A DNA stretch of 64,000 nt, taken from positions 1,092 through 65,091 of the forward strand of contig DASXHS010000079.1 of the NCBI GenBank assembly GCA_036488345.1, read 5' to 3'. The translations under genes and the position numbers were made by a program. Under the pieces are notes generated by a model that saw only the letters and a list, made by a program, of their open reading frames with translations, ran no database searches and was not told where the DNA came from. The DNA is from Candidatus Udaeobacter sp. GTDB taxonomy: Bacteria > Verrucomicrobiota > Verrucomicrobiia > Chthoniobacterales > UBA10450. Below, piece by piece: positions 46,304 to 54,572 of this stretch. Positions within the stretch are counted from its first letter, which is position 1, and each line of letters begins with the position of its first letter.

Positions 46304-46984
46304 ATGAGTACCAAACCTGCGCACGTTCGCGAAATGTTCGGGTCGATTGCGAGGCGCTATGATCTCGCGAACCACTTGCTTAGCTGCGGCATCGATTTTT
46401 ACTGGCGAGCGCGCGCGGCTCAGATCGTCGAGTCCTGGCATCCCCATACGATCGCTGATCTTGCAACCGGCACGGGAGATCTAGCGCTGGCACTGCAAAA
46501 GAAATTGCCGCACGCGGAATTGACCGGTGTCGATTTCCTGCCGGAGATGCTGGATCTTGCGCGACGCAAAGGTGTGCGACGGGTGGTATTGGCTGATGCG
46601 ATGAAACTCCCGTTCGACGATGCGTCGTGCGACTGTGTCACTATCGCCTTCGGCTTGCGCAACCTGGAAAACTGCTCGGCCGCACTTACTGAAATGTGGC
46701 GCGTGCTTAACGCCAGGGGTCACCTGCTCGTATTAGAGTTCTCATTGCCGACAGCGGCGATTCTCCGAGCCGCATATCGCGTTTATTTGCATCGGTGTCT
46801 GCCATTGCTTGGCTCGTTTCTAACACAAAAGAAAACCGCCTATGACTACCTCGGTGATTCAATCGAGGAATTTCCGAGTGGCAACGCAATGTGCGAATTG
46901 ATGCGGCGAACCGGTTACGTTTCTCCAAGCTTTCAACCTTTGACCGGAGGGATCGTCACAATTTATACCGCTGCAAAATCGTAG
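46304..46984 (+). CDS. ubiE: Demethylmenaquinone/ubiquinone C-methyltransferase (UbiE/MenG)
   Basis: The sequence contains VREMFGSIARRYDLANHLLSCGIDFYWR, DLATGTGDLA and FGLRN. Confidence 0.85.
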   Translation: MSTKPAHVREMFGSIARRYDLANHLLSCGIDFYWRARAAQIVESWHPHTIADLATGTGDLALALQKKLPHAELTGVDFLPEMLDLARRKGVRRVVLADAMKLPFDDASCDCVTIAFGLRNLENCSAALTEMWRVLNARGHLLVLEFSLPTAAILRAAYRVYLHRCLPLLGSFLTQKKTAYDYLGDSIEEFPSGNAMCELMRRTGYVSPSFQPLTGGIVTIYTAAKS

Positions 46985-47016
46985 GCACGGTGTGACAGCC
47001 ATACACGGAAAGTCCC

Positions 47017-47733
47017 TTGCCACAGCACGCAAAGAGAGGTACAAAACTCGGCGTGATTGATTACATTCAAAAAGGTGGATTGTTGATGTGGCCAATTCTG
47101 GCATGCAGCATTATCTCAATTGCTGTTTTTGCGGAGCGTCTTTTTTATTTCCATCGCGCGAGCATCCATGTAGGCGAGTTCTTGAAGGGACTGTCGAACC
47201 TGATCCGCCGTCGCAATTTCGCTGAGGCTTTGCATGAGTCCGCCGGCACGCCTGGCCCGGTAGCGCGAGTGATTCATGCGGGAATTATTCGGCACGATGC
47301 ACCTAGGAGGGAATTGCGCGATATCGTACAGGAAGCGGCGCAACTTGAAGTCCCAAAGTTGGAACGGTTTCTTCCCGTGCTTGCTACCATTGCTTTCCTA
47401 ACGCCGTTGCTCGGGCTGCTTGGGACCGTTGCAGGGATGATCGACGCTTTTGGAACCATCGCCTCAAGTGGTGGTTATGCGACAGTGACGGAGCTTTCCG
47501 GTGGCGTTTACAAAAGCTTGCTGACGACCGCGGCTGGCCTCGTTGTAGCAACGCCGACATTTGTCGCCTACAGCTATCTCTCGTCTCGCGTAAATACCAT
47601 GATGCATGACATGGAACGCGCAGGTATTGAGATTGTCCACATGTTGACCGAAAGCCGTCCAATTAGCGGCATCATCAGTTTCCAACAACCTGATGAGACG
47701 GTGCGTGAGATCGAAGCACGGCGGGACCTTTAA
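47017..47733 (+). CDS. exbB: MotA/TolQ/ExbB proton-channel family protein
   Basis: It has the MWPILACSIISIAVFAERLFYF N-terminal TM helix and LLGLLGTVAGMIDAF. A TTG start is proposed; the exact start is uncertain. Confidence 0.8.
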   Translation: MPQHAKRGTKLGVIDYIQKGGLLMWPILACSIISIAVFAERLFYFHRASIHVGEFLKGLSNLIRRRNFAEALHESAGTPGPVARVIHAGIIRHDAPRRELRDIVQEAAQLEVPKLERFLPVLATIAFLTPLLGLLGTVAGMIDAFGTIASSGGYATVTELSGGVYKSLLTTAAGLVVATPTFVAYSYLSSRVNTMMHDMERAGIEIVHMLTESRPISGIISFQQPDETVREIEARRDL

Positions 47734-47790
47734 CGGGGGAACGGCTTCGGTGGCTGGGTCGTTGAAGTCGAAACGTCAAGACATTGAATT

Positions 47791-48195
47791 GTGAAACTCA
47801 GCCGAACAACAAACTATAACTTCGGGTGGCTTTTGCTGATCGGGCTGGTCGATCTCGCTTTTCTCCTCGCTTTTTTTCTCTTGCTGAGTTCGAATTTTAT
47901 CCTGCAACAAGGCATCTCAATTTCCATGCCGTTCTCGCGTTTTTCACTCGGTCCGCAGAGCAATCAACAGATTATTAGTATTACGGGCGGGGCAGTTCCC
48001 GCGATTTATTTTCAGGACCAGCGGGTCACCATGGAGAAACTTGGACCACTACTGGACGCAGCCAAGCGCAAGGACGAGTCTATCATTATCAAGGCTGACC
48101 GTTCCGCTTCGTATGAAACAGTCGCTGAAGTGACGAACGCTGCGCTCGAACACGGCATCACGTCGGTTGCGCTCGCTGCAACTCCGCCAAGATGA
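47791..48195 (+). CDS. exbD: ExbD/TolR biopolymer transport protein
   Basis: 134 aa with a single N-terminal TM helix. IIIKADRSASYETVAEVTNAALEHGI is typical of ExbD. Confidence 0.8.
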   Translation: MKLSRTTNYNFGWLLLIGLVDLAFLLAFFLLLSSNFILQQGISISMPFSRFSLGPQSNQQIISITGGAVPAIYFQDQRVTMEKLGPLLDAAKRKDESIIIKADRSASYETVAEVTNAALEHGITSVALAATPPR

Positions 48196-48989
48196 ATAGC
48201 GTCGCTACTGACATTGCAGCCGAACCACTTCTTTTCAGCTGGGATTCGCCTCGACGGCGAGGGACGATGTTCGCGGCTTTTCTAGTGGTGTCGCTGATGG
48301 CCCACGCCCTGTGCTTTTATGTTTTCCAAATTGTTTACCCGACTCCGGTCGCGCTTCTCCCGCCGCCGGGCCGCGTCACGTTTATCGCGCGCGATTCCGA
48401 AGAAGGCCGCACGCTACTTCGTTGGATTGATGCAGAAGATCCTGCGATTGCTTTCACAACTCATCTGCCACCGGGAGCAAGGCTTGGCTCTCTGCCAAAG
48501 ACTGAGCATCTGCCGTCCTATTCTGCGGTAAGCCCCATTCTCAAGGAACTCCCGCCATTGAAGCCGGATCTAAGGATTCCAAGTTCCCAGCCACCAGGCG
48601 CCGTACATTCTATCCCCCGGACAACGGTTTCTGCCAGAGGCGTTCCCAGAACGTATGTTTCTTTTTCCAAGGAACTCGAGGAATTTGGCACTCCGACCGT
48701 GCCACAATCTGGGTTCGCGACGTCGAATGAAGAAACACCTGCAACACTTCGGTTTCACGTGGCAGTAAACAATTGGGGTGAAATTCGCTACTGCTTTCCA
48801 ATTAACTCGTCAGGTGATCCCGTACTGGACGAGCAAGAGCGCTTACAGATCGTCCGTAGCCGTTTCTCACCAAGCAGACAAAGTGACAACAAACCCGACT
48901 CTTCGCTCGTTTGGGGTATGGCGACAATTCAATGGGGCAGCGATGTCAACTCCCCGCAGCCAGCCTCGGTAGCCACCGGCACGCCGTGA
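48192..48989 (+). CDS. TonB-like energy-transducer candidate (N-terminal TM, Pro-rich linker, TonB_C-like end)
   Basis: The start overlaps the exbD stop (ATGA). It has the TM helix MFAAFLVVSLMAHALCFYVF, a linker LPPLKPDLRIPSSQPPG, and the C-terminus LRFHVAVNNWGEIRYCFPINSSGDPVLDEQERLQIVRSRFSP. Confidence 0.5.
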   Translation: MNSVATDIAAEPLLFSWDSPRRRGTMFAAFLVVSLMAHALCFYVFQIVYPTPVALLPPPGRVTFIARDSEEGRTLLRWIDAEDPAIAFTTHLPPGARLGSLPKTEHLPSYSAVSPILKELPPLKPDLRIPSSQPPGAVHSIPRTTVSARGVPRTYVSFSKELEEFGTPTVPQSGFATSNEETPATLRFHVAVNNWGEIRYCFPINSSGDPVLDEQERLQIVRSRFSPSRQSDNKPDSSLVWGMATIQWGSDVNSPQPASVATGTP

Positions 48990-49225
48990 TTCGAGTCAGC
49001 CTTGCTACTCTTGTCACGATTTACCTGCTGCTTTTTCTTGCGGCAGTGTTTCTATTCTGGATAGTGGGAGAATGGAACCGCCGGCGGCGAGAGCGACGGT
49101 CTCTTCAGCACCGGTTGCGTTGCGTGATTTGCGCATTCGAATTTGAGGATAGCACGGATGCGCTGCTTCCCCGGTGCCCACACTGCGGAAGTTTAAACGA
49201 ACGATTCAGGATGGAGAACATTTAA
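48986..49225 (+). CDS. Small membrane-anchored zinc-ribbon protein
   Basis: The GTG start overlaps the upstream TGA (GTGA). It has the TM helix LATLVTIYLLLFLAAVFLFWIV, then the Zn-ribbon motif CVICAFEF...CPHCGS. It ends 1 nt before the next gene. Confidence 0.5.
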   Translation: MIRVSLATLVTIYLLLFLAAVFLFWIVGEWNRRRRERRSLQHRLRCVICAFEFEDSTDALLPRCPHCGSLNERFRMENI

Positions 49226-49226
49226 C

Positions 49227-50405
49227 ATGGGAATGTGGATAGGCCGAAATCGCAAAGCGCGCGTGACCTATGGTTTCGACGAGATCGCGCTTGTGCCTGG
49301 GCGCGTGACAATCAACCCGAACGAAGTGGACATCACGTTTCGTTTGCCCCGCAAAGCAACGGAACCGCTCGAGTTGAAGATTCCGATCCTCGCCAGCGCG
49401 ATGGATGGAGTCGTTGATGTCGGCTTCGCCATCGCCATGAACAAACTGGGCGGTCTTGCCGTTTTGAACTTGGAAGGAGTGCAGACGCGCTACAAGAACC
49501 CGCAGGAAGTTCTGCAAAAAATCGTCGAGGCAAGTAAATCGGAGATTACTGCCTTACTGCAGCGAATTTACCAGGAACCTGTCCAGCAGGATCTCATCGC
49601 GGCGCGTGTGCGCCAAATGAAGGACGCCGGTGTTGTAGCCGCCGTCAGTTCTATTCCTCAGCGCGCTGCGGAATTTGGTAGGATCGCCCAAGAAGCCGGC
49701 GCGGACGTTTTCGTCGTGCAGAGCACGGTTTCCACTGTCCGTCACATTTCGTCGGAGTACAAGTCGCTCGATCTTGAAAAATTTTGCCGCGAAATGCGCA
49801 TCCCTGTGATCGTAGGAAACACAGTCGGCTACGATGTGACTCTCGAGATAATGGAGTGCGGGCCGGCTGCGGTTTTGGTTGGTGTCGGGCCCGGAGCTGC
49901 TTGCACTTCGCGTGGTGTGCTCGGCCTCGGGGTTCCGCAAGTCACTGCCACGGTCGACTGCGCGGCAGCGCGCGATGCTTACTTCAAAAAAACATCGCGG
50001 TATGTGCCGATCCTCACCGACGGCGGCATGAGCAGAGGAGGTGACGTTTGCAAGGCGCTGGCTTGCGGCGCAGACGCAGTCATGGTTGGCAGCGCATTTG
50101 CCAAGGCGCAGGAAGCGCCAGGACGCGGCTACCATTGGGGCATGGCTACTCCGCACGCCAATCTTCCTCGTGGCACGCGCATCAAGGTGGGCGCGACCGG
50201 TTCGTTGAAGCAAATTCTCTTCGGCCCGGCCGAAGTTGATGACGGCAGCCAAAATCTCGTCGGCGCAATCACCACTTGCATGGGCAACGTAGGCGCACGC
50301 AATCTTCCTGAGTTCCAGCAAACTGAAATTATCATCGCGCCTTCGATCAGGACGGAAGGGAAACTCTTCCAGACTGTGCAAAACGTCGGAATGGGAAGCA
50401 GCTGA
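49227..50405 (+). CDS. GuaB3-like IMP dehydrogenase-related protein (no CBS pair)
   Basis: 392 aa. The sequence contains YGFDEIALVPGRVT, PILASAMDGVV and VGVGPGAACTSRGVLGLGVPQ. The TIM-barrel length lacks a CBS insert. Confidence 0.75.
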   Translation: MGMWIGRNRKARVTYGFDEIALVPGRVTINPNEVDITFRLPRKATEPLELKIPILASAMDGVVDVGFAIAMNKLGGLAVLNLEGVQTRYKNPQEVLQKIVEASKSEITALLQRIYQEPVQQDLIAARVRQMKDAGVVAAVSSIPQRAAEFGRIAQEAGADVFVVQSTVSTVRHISSEYKSLDLEKFCREMRIPVIVGNTVGYDVTLEIMECGPAAVLVGVGPGAACTSRGVLGLGVPQVTATVDCAAARDAYFKKTSRYVPILTDGGMSRGGDVCKALACGADAVMVGSAFAKAQEAPGRGYHWGMATPHANLPRGTRIKVGATGSLKQILFGPAEVDDGSQNLVGAITTCMGNVGARNLPEFQQTEIIIAPSIRTEGKLFQTVQNVGMGSS

Positions 50406-50440
50406 CGCTCCCACGTTTCAAAACTTAACTCTATATCGTC

Positions 50441-51691
50441 ATGCCCGAGCGCAGAGTAGTCATCACCGGTATGGGTGTTATCACGCCTGTTGGCAACAGC
50501 CTTGAGACGTTTTGGTCGAATCTGAAGAACGGCGTCAGCGGAATTCATACGATCGACGCATTTGATACCACCGAATACGATTGCAAAATCGGGGGACAGG
50601 TCCGCGATTTCGATCCCAAACCGTGCTTCAAAAATCCAAAGGACGTGCGACGAACCGATCGCTTTACGCACCTTGCAATGGCAGCGGCAAAGATGGCGGT
50701 CGCGGACAGCGGAATCGATATCGACAATTTGAAAGAACGCGACCGTTTCGGCGTAATCGTTAGCACTGGAATTGGCGGCCTGAAAACTTTACAAGATCAG
50801 TTGCAAGTCCTGTTGACGAAAGGTCCCGGGCGCAACTCGCCTTTCACGATCCCAATGTTGATTAGCAACATGGCGGGCGGCGTCATCTCGATGGAGTTCG
50901 ATCTGCGCGGCCCAAACCTCTGTATCGTTACCGCTTGCGCTACATCGAACAACGCCATCGGTGAATCGTGGCGCATCATCAAGTTTGGCGACGCCGATAT
51001 CTTCCTCGCTGGGGGCGCAGAGGCGTCTATCGTTGAAATCGGCGTGGCAGGATTTTCAGCAATGAAAGCGCTCAGCAAGCGCAACGATGAGCCCGAACGC
51101 GCCTCGCGGCCATTCGACCGGGACCGCGATGGTTTTGTGATGAGCGAAGGCTCAGGAGTCGTCGTCGTAGAGGAGCTGGAACATGCCAGGGCACGCGGCG
51201 CAAAAATTTACTGTGAGATCACTGGATACGGAGTCTCCGCTGATGCCTACCACATGACTGCGCCGCCTCCGAATGGCGAAGGAGCGGCGCGGGCCATGAA
51301 AATGGCACTGGACCATGCGCGCATCTCACCTGAGCAGGTTGATTACATCAACGCGCACGCTACTTCCACCGACATCGGCGATCTTTGCGAAACCCGCGCA
51401 ATCAAGCAAATCTTTGGTGAATATGCGGACAAAGTTTCCATCAGTGCAACGAAATCGATGACCGGCCACTTGTTAGGCGGCGCCGGCGGAATAGAGATGG
51501 CCGCCTGCGCACTGGCCATTCGCGACTCTGTAATTCCGCCCACTATCAACTTGGAAAATCCAGGCGAAGAATGCGACCTCGATTACACGCCCAACGTTGC
51601 CCGCAAAAAGAAAGTGCGCGTCGCACTCAACAATTCCTTTGGGTTTGGCGGCCATAACGCCACCCTGGTCGTGAGCGCGTTTGAAGGTTAG
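50441..51691 (+). CDS. fabF: Beta-ketoacyl-ACP synthase II
   Basis: The sequence contains RRVVITGMGVITPVGN, the active-site IVTACATSN, HATSTDIGD and SFGFGGHNATLV. Confidence 0.93.
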   Translation: MPERRVVITGMGVITPVGNSLETFWSNLKNGVSGIHTIDAFDTTEYDCKIGGQVRDFDPKPCFKNPKDVRRTDRFTHLAMAAAKMAVADSGIDIDNLKERDRFGVIVSTGIGGLKTLQDQLQVLLTKGPGRNSPFTIPMLISNMAGGVISMEFDLRGPNLCIVTACATSNNAIGESWRIIKFGDADIFLAGGAEASIVEIGVAGFSAMKALSKRNDEPERASRPFDRDRDGFVMSEGSGVVVVEELEHARARGAKIYCEITGYGVSADAYHMTAPPPNGEGAARAMKMALDHARISPEQVDYINAHATSTDIGDLCETRAIKQIFGEYADKVSISATKSMTGHLLGGAGGIEMAACALAIRDSVIPPTINLENPGEECDLDYTPNVARKKKVRVALNNSFGFGGHNATLVVSAFEG

Positions 51692-51709
51692 AACCCACCG
51701 TGGTGACCT

Positions 51710-51734
51710 GCGATTGCGCCGTTGCAATCGCTTT
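51710..51734 (+). terminator. Candidate intrinsic terminator after fabF
   Basis: A perfect 8-bp stem gcgattgc/gcaatcgc with a 6-nt loop, followed by TTT. Confidence 0.45.
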
Positions 51735-51778
51735 GACTAGTCACTCGTCACTTGGCACTGTTCAATTCACTCTCCGAT

Positions 51779-51849
51779 GCGGGCATAGCTTAATGGTAAA
51801 GTTCCAGCCTTCCAAGCTGGCCATGCGGGTTCGATTCCCGTTGCCCGCT
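51779..51849 (+). tRNA. tRNA-Gly (anticodon UCC)
   Basis: A manual cloverleaf gives acceptor gcgggca/tgcccgc, a D-arm gctt-aatggta-aagt, an anticodon arm ccagc-CTTCCAA-gctgg and a T-arm gcggg-ttcgatt-cccgt. 71 nt; CCA is not encoded. Confidence 0.9.
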
Positions 51850-52589
51850 CATTTATTTAGCGCGTCTTTTTCGAACAATTCTGTCGACCTTAGCAGTTCT
51901 TCAATGGCGTCGGCCTCGTTTTTAACCCCGCGTTGGAGGAGTCCAATCATTTCGACGCCCCGGGGCGATAAAGCTTCTTCGCGCAGCAAGACTTCGAGCC
52001 CGAGCAACAGCGGCCCCAACGGCTCACGGAGTACATGCGTAATACGCTGAACAAATTCCGCATTGCCACGTACGCTCGGTTTCAGTCCGGCGTTCAACCG
52101 ACGCACAGCTTCTTGACATTCGTCAACGAATTGAACGGTCGCTTCAACAATCAGGTTATCGAAAAAACTTTCCACAACTCGCCGCGCGGCACTCTGTGCG
52201 TCAAAATCGAAACGTCCTTCCTTGGCGGCGAAGGCTTTAAGCCAGATGTCAATGAAGTTCCGACGAATCAGGCAAACCTCGCGGATTAATTCTTCTAACT
52301 TGTAACCTTGCCGCCAGCGCTTCCAGCCGTGCGTCCTGGCATCCTGCGTTGCGTCCCGCTTGATCTCCTTGGCATTGGGCTGTTTTAGGAGAGCCGCCAG
52401 CTCAGTGCAGAGCTCTGGGAGATGATCGAGTAGCTGTGTATAGGTCAGATTGTCCGAAGTAGAAATGTCCGGGTGCTTATCGACTGCGGCGATCCAGGAT
52501 TCGAGAATTTGCTCCCGGCAGGCTAGGACAAAGTCGCCGAAACCAGCGACTTCTCCGACCGTAGAATGCCCCTGAGCGTAACGAGTGAT
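51849..52589 (-). CDS. Sensor-kinase-like protein with an RsbRD_N-like domain and a HisKA H-box but no HATPase domain; no canonical start codon (possible ATC start or gene remnant)
   Basis: The minus-strand frame is open from 52637 to the TGA at 51849-51851. The first ATG/GTG/TTG is the GTG at 52175, yet the upstream 154 codons read as a coherent domain (REQILESWIAAVDKHPD...HGWKRWRQGYKLEELIREVCLIRRNF). The H-box is FVQRITHVLREPLGPLL. AGGAGGG (52604-52598) lies 8 nt upstream of the ATC at 52589. Confidence 0.5.
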   Translation of the reverse strand: MTRYAQGHSTVGEVAGFGDFVLACREQILESWIAAVDKHPDISTSDNLTYTQLLDHLPELCTELAALLKQPNAKEIKRDATQDARTHGWKRWRQGYKLEELIREVCLIRRNFIDIWLKAFAAKEGRFDFDAQSAARRVVESFFDNLIVEATVQFVDECQEAVRRLNAGLKPSVRGNAEFVQRITHVLREPLGPLLLGLEVLLREEALSPRGVEMIGLLQRGVKNEADAIEELLRSTELFEKDALNK

Positions 52590-52736
52590 GAAAGTAGCCC
52601 TCCTAATCTTCTTTCGGAGGCCAATACCTCCGCGGCCTTAGGCGAAAGTATTATACCCAAAAAACTCCAAGCCGAAAGATGGGATCTTGTGTTTGCACCG
52701 GGAGCAAACCGCGGACGTCATGCGCGCGGTCAATAC

Positions 52737-53177
52737 TCACGGGGTAAGGAAAATCTTCCCGGTGTAAGGATCTTCTACTGGGGTTCCCGGCGGAAAACCG
52801 AGGACTTGGACGTAGCCTGCGTCTGGCGCGAACGGACTCGTAACTAAACCCGGTTTACCCGGGACCGGAGTTCCATACGGTAAATCGGCTTTTTGATCGC
52901 TTCCGTTTGAGGCTGCCTTGGCCCACCGAACGTCGGTCGGGGTCCCGGGCATCGGAGTTGGTTCGTCCGAAGTTTGACTATTCGAAGCATCGTTTGGGGT
53001 AGTCTTTTTACGCTTATGCGTGCTCCGGTGTGGCCGCGGCGTCTCTTTTGGGTTGGCGATTGCGCTATGTAAAGTCCTGAAAAAATCCCGGAAAGGCCCT
53101 GCTTTCGCAGTGTCATTCACCATCGATAGGGAAATTGACAACAAGATTACGAGCGCGTGGCGTCGTCGTTTCACCAA
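52737..53177 (-). CDS. Exported protein with the shared C-terminal motif (P3)
   Basis: The signal-like N-terminus is MVKRRRHALVILLSISLSMVNDTAKA and the middle is low-complexity. The C-terminus is GLVTSPFAPDAGYVQVLGFPPGTPVEDPYTGKIFLTP. Confidence 0.6.
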   Translation of the reverse strand: MVKRRRHALVILLSISLSMVNDTAKAGPFRDFFRTLHSAIANPKETPRPHRSTHKRKKTTPNDASNSQTSDEPTPMPGTPTDVRWAKAASNGSDQKADLPYGTPVPGKPGLVTSPFAPDAGYVQVLGFPPGTPVEDPYTGKIFLTP

Positions 53178-53295
53178 GACTGCTTCGTGTCACGCGCTTG
53201 CCATGCGTGCAAGAGGGGCCAGATGGCCGGTGCCGCGAAGCCGCAAGATTCATGAAATCCTGCGGCTTTTATCGGTGATATTCCAGGAACGCGTG

Positions 53296-53658
53296 TCAAT
53301 CAACGACGACGCGATCAACTATCCGTGAATCGCCGGCGTTTGCGTAATAAATACGCACATGAGTGCCGGGTTTGATCGCGGTTTGGATAACATCGCCGTT
53401 CTTGTTTACTACGTGGCCGCGCCCGTTAAGGACGTAGCTGCCGGGTGTATTGAAACGATCCTCGCGAACAACAAGTGTTCTGGCGGGCTGGTAATTGGCC
53501 GCCGAGCCGTCCTCACTTGTCATTTTGACGATCGTTCCAGTTACCGTTATTTCTTCGGCGGTAGTTGGTCCTTGCCCTTTACCCTTCGACTCTGGTTGCG
53601 CGAATGCCAGCGGCGCCAGCAGTGCGCAGCAGACGAGGATAGTAATTGGTTTCTTCAC
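53296..53658 (-). CDS. Small exported hypothetical protein
   Basis: The GTG at 53658 is preceded by AGGAGG plus a 6-nt spacer and gives the signal peptide VKKPITILVCCALLAPLAFA. The longer track ORF lacks these features. Confidence 0.6.
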   Translation of the reverse strand: MKKPITILVCCALLAPLAFAQPESKGKGQGPTTAEEITVTGTIVKMTSEDGSAANYQPARTLVVREDRFNTPGSYVLNGRGHVVNKNGDVIQTAIKPGTHVRIYYANAGDSRIVDRVVVD

Positions 53659-53780
53659 GTTATACCTCCTGTTGGTTGATGGTTGTACCTCACGATTGGT
53701 TCTCCCTTTACAAAGGGATTCCCGAGCGCCCGCTGCAGGAAATTTAGATTTCTTTCGTCTGCGGCTTATCTTCTCCAATC

Positions 53781-54560
53781 TTGAAAAAGTCCGTTAACGT
53801 GAATATTCACGCGGGGAACGGGCGGGGTCGCAGCGATGTGTTTCCTTCGACTCACTGGAGCGTGGTGCTCGCGGCAGGGAGAAGCCAGGCCGAACCGGAG
53901 ATGGCGGGTGCGGCGCTGGCGGCGCTTTGTCAAATCTATTGGGCGCCTCTATACGGTTTTGTACGCAGTCGCGGTCACACTCTGCACGACGCTCAGGATC
54001 TCACGCAGAGTTTCTTCGCCTATGTGCTTGAGCATAAAATTTACGCGCGCGCCGATCGACAGAAAGGCAGGTTCCGTTCATTTCTGCTCGCCTCGCTGAA
54101 AAATTTTCTCGCGGACGTTGCCGACACAAAACGGACCCTTAAGCGCGGCGGTGCACAAATTTTTCTGCCGCTGCACGAAGAGCAGGCGCAAGAGGCAGAG
54201 TCGCTTTTCCAGACTCATAGTGGCATGAGCAACGAAGACCGGCTTTTCGATCGCAGTTGGGCCGACGCATTGGTTGCCACTGCGTTGGACCGGCTATTGG
54301 CAGATTACAAACGTGAGGGCAAAGAGCAGCTTTTCAACGAGCTAAGAATGTTTGTCGCCGGCGGATCGGAGCTGCCCCCATCTTATGCTGAACTGGCGCA
54401 TCGGTTGGGGGTAGCTGAGTCGACACTGCGCAGTCATGTCACCCGTCTTCGGGCGCGTTACCGGGAAGCCTTGCGTGCCGAGGTGCGGCGAACGGTGGAT
54501 TCCGAAACGCAGGTAGACCAAGAGTTGCGCGAGTTGCTCCATGTGTTAACGGAGATTTAA
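53781..54560 (+). CDS. ECF-family RNA polymerase sigma factor (ECF43-like, kinase-associated type)
   Basis: It contains THWSVVLAAG...LCQIYWAPLYGFVRSRGHTLHDAQDLTQSFFAYVLE (region 2) and a C-terminal SYAELAHRLGVAESTLRSHVTRLRARYR (region 4 HTH). The start is uncertain: TTG 53781, GTG 53799 or GTG 53838. Confidence 0.8.
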   Translation: MKKSVNVNIHAGNGRGRSDVFPSTHWSVVLAAGRSQAEPEMAGAALAALCQIYWAPLYGFVRSRGHTLHDAQDLTQSFFAYVLEHKIYARADRQKGRFRSFLLASLKNFLADVADTKRTLKRGGAQIFLPLHEEQAQEAESLFQTHSGMSNEDRLFDRSWADALVATALDRLLADYKREGKEQLFNELRMFVAGGSELPPSYAELAHRLGVAESTLRSHVTRLRARYREALRAEVRRTVDSETQVDQELRELLHVLTEI

Positions 54561-54572
54561 GGAACGCGCCCC

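Noticed and set aside
49554-50414. A 286-aa minus-strand ORF.
   Set aside because: It is antisense to the GuaB3-like gene. Its Arg/Ala-rich composition is typical of an out-of-phase GC-rich frame.
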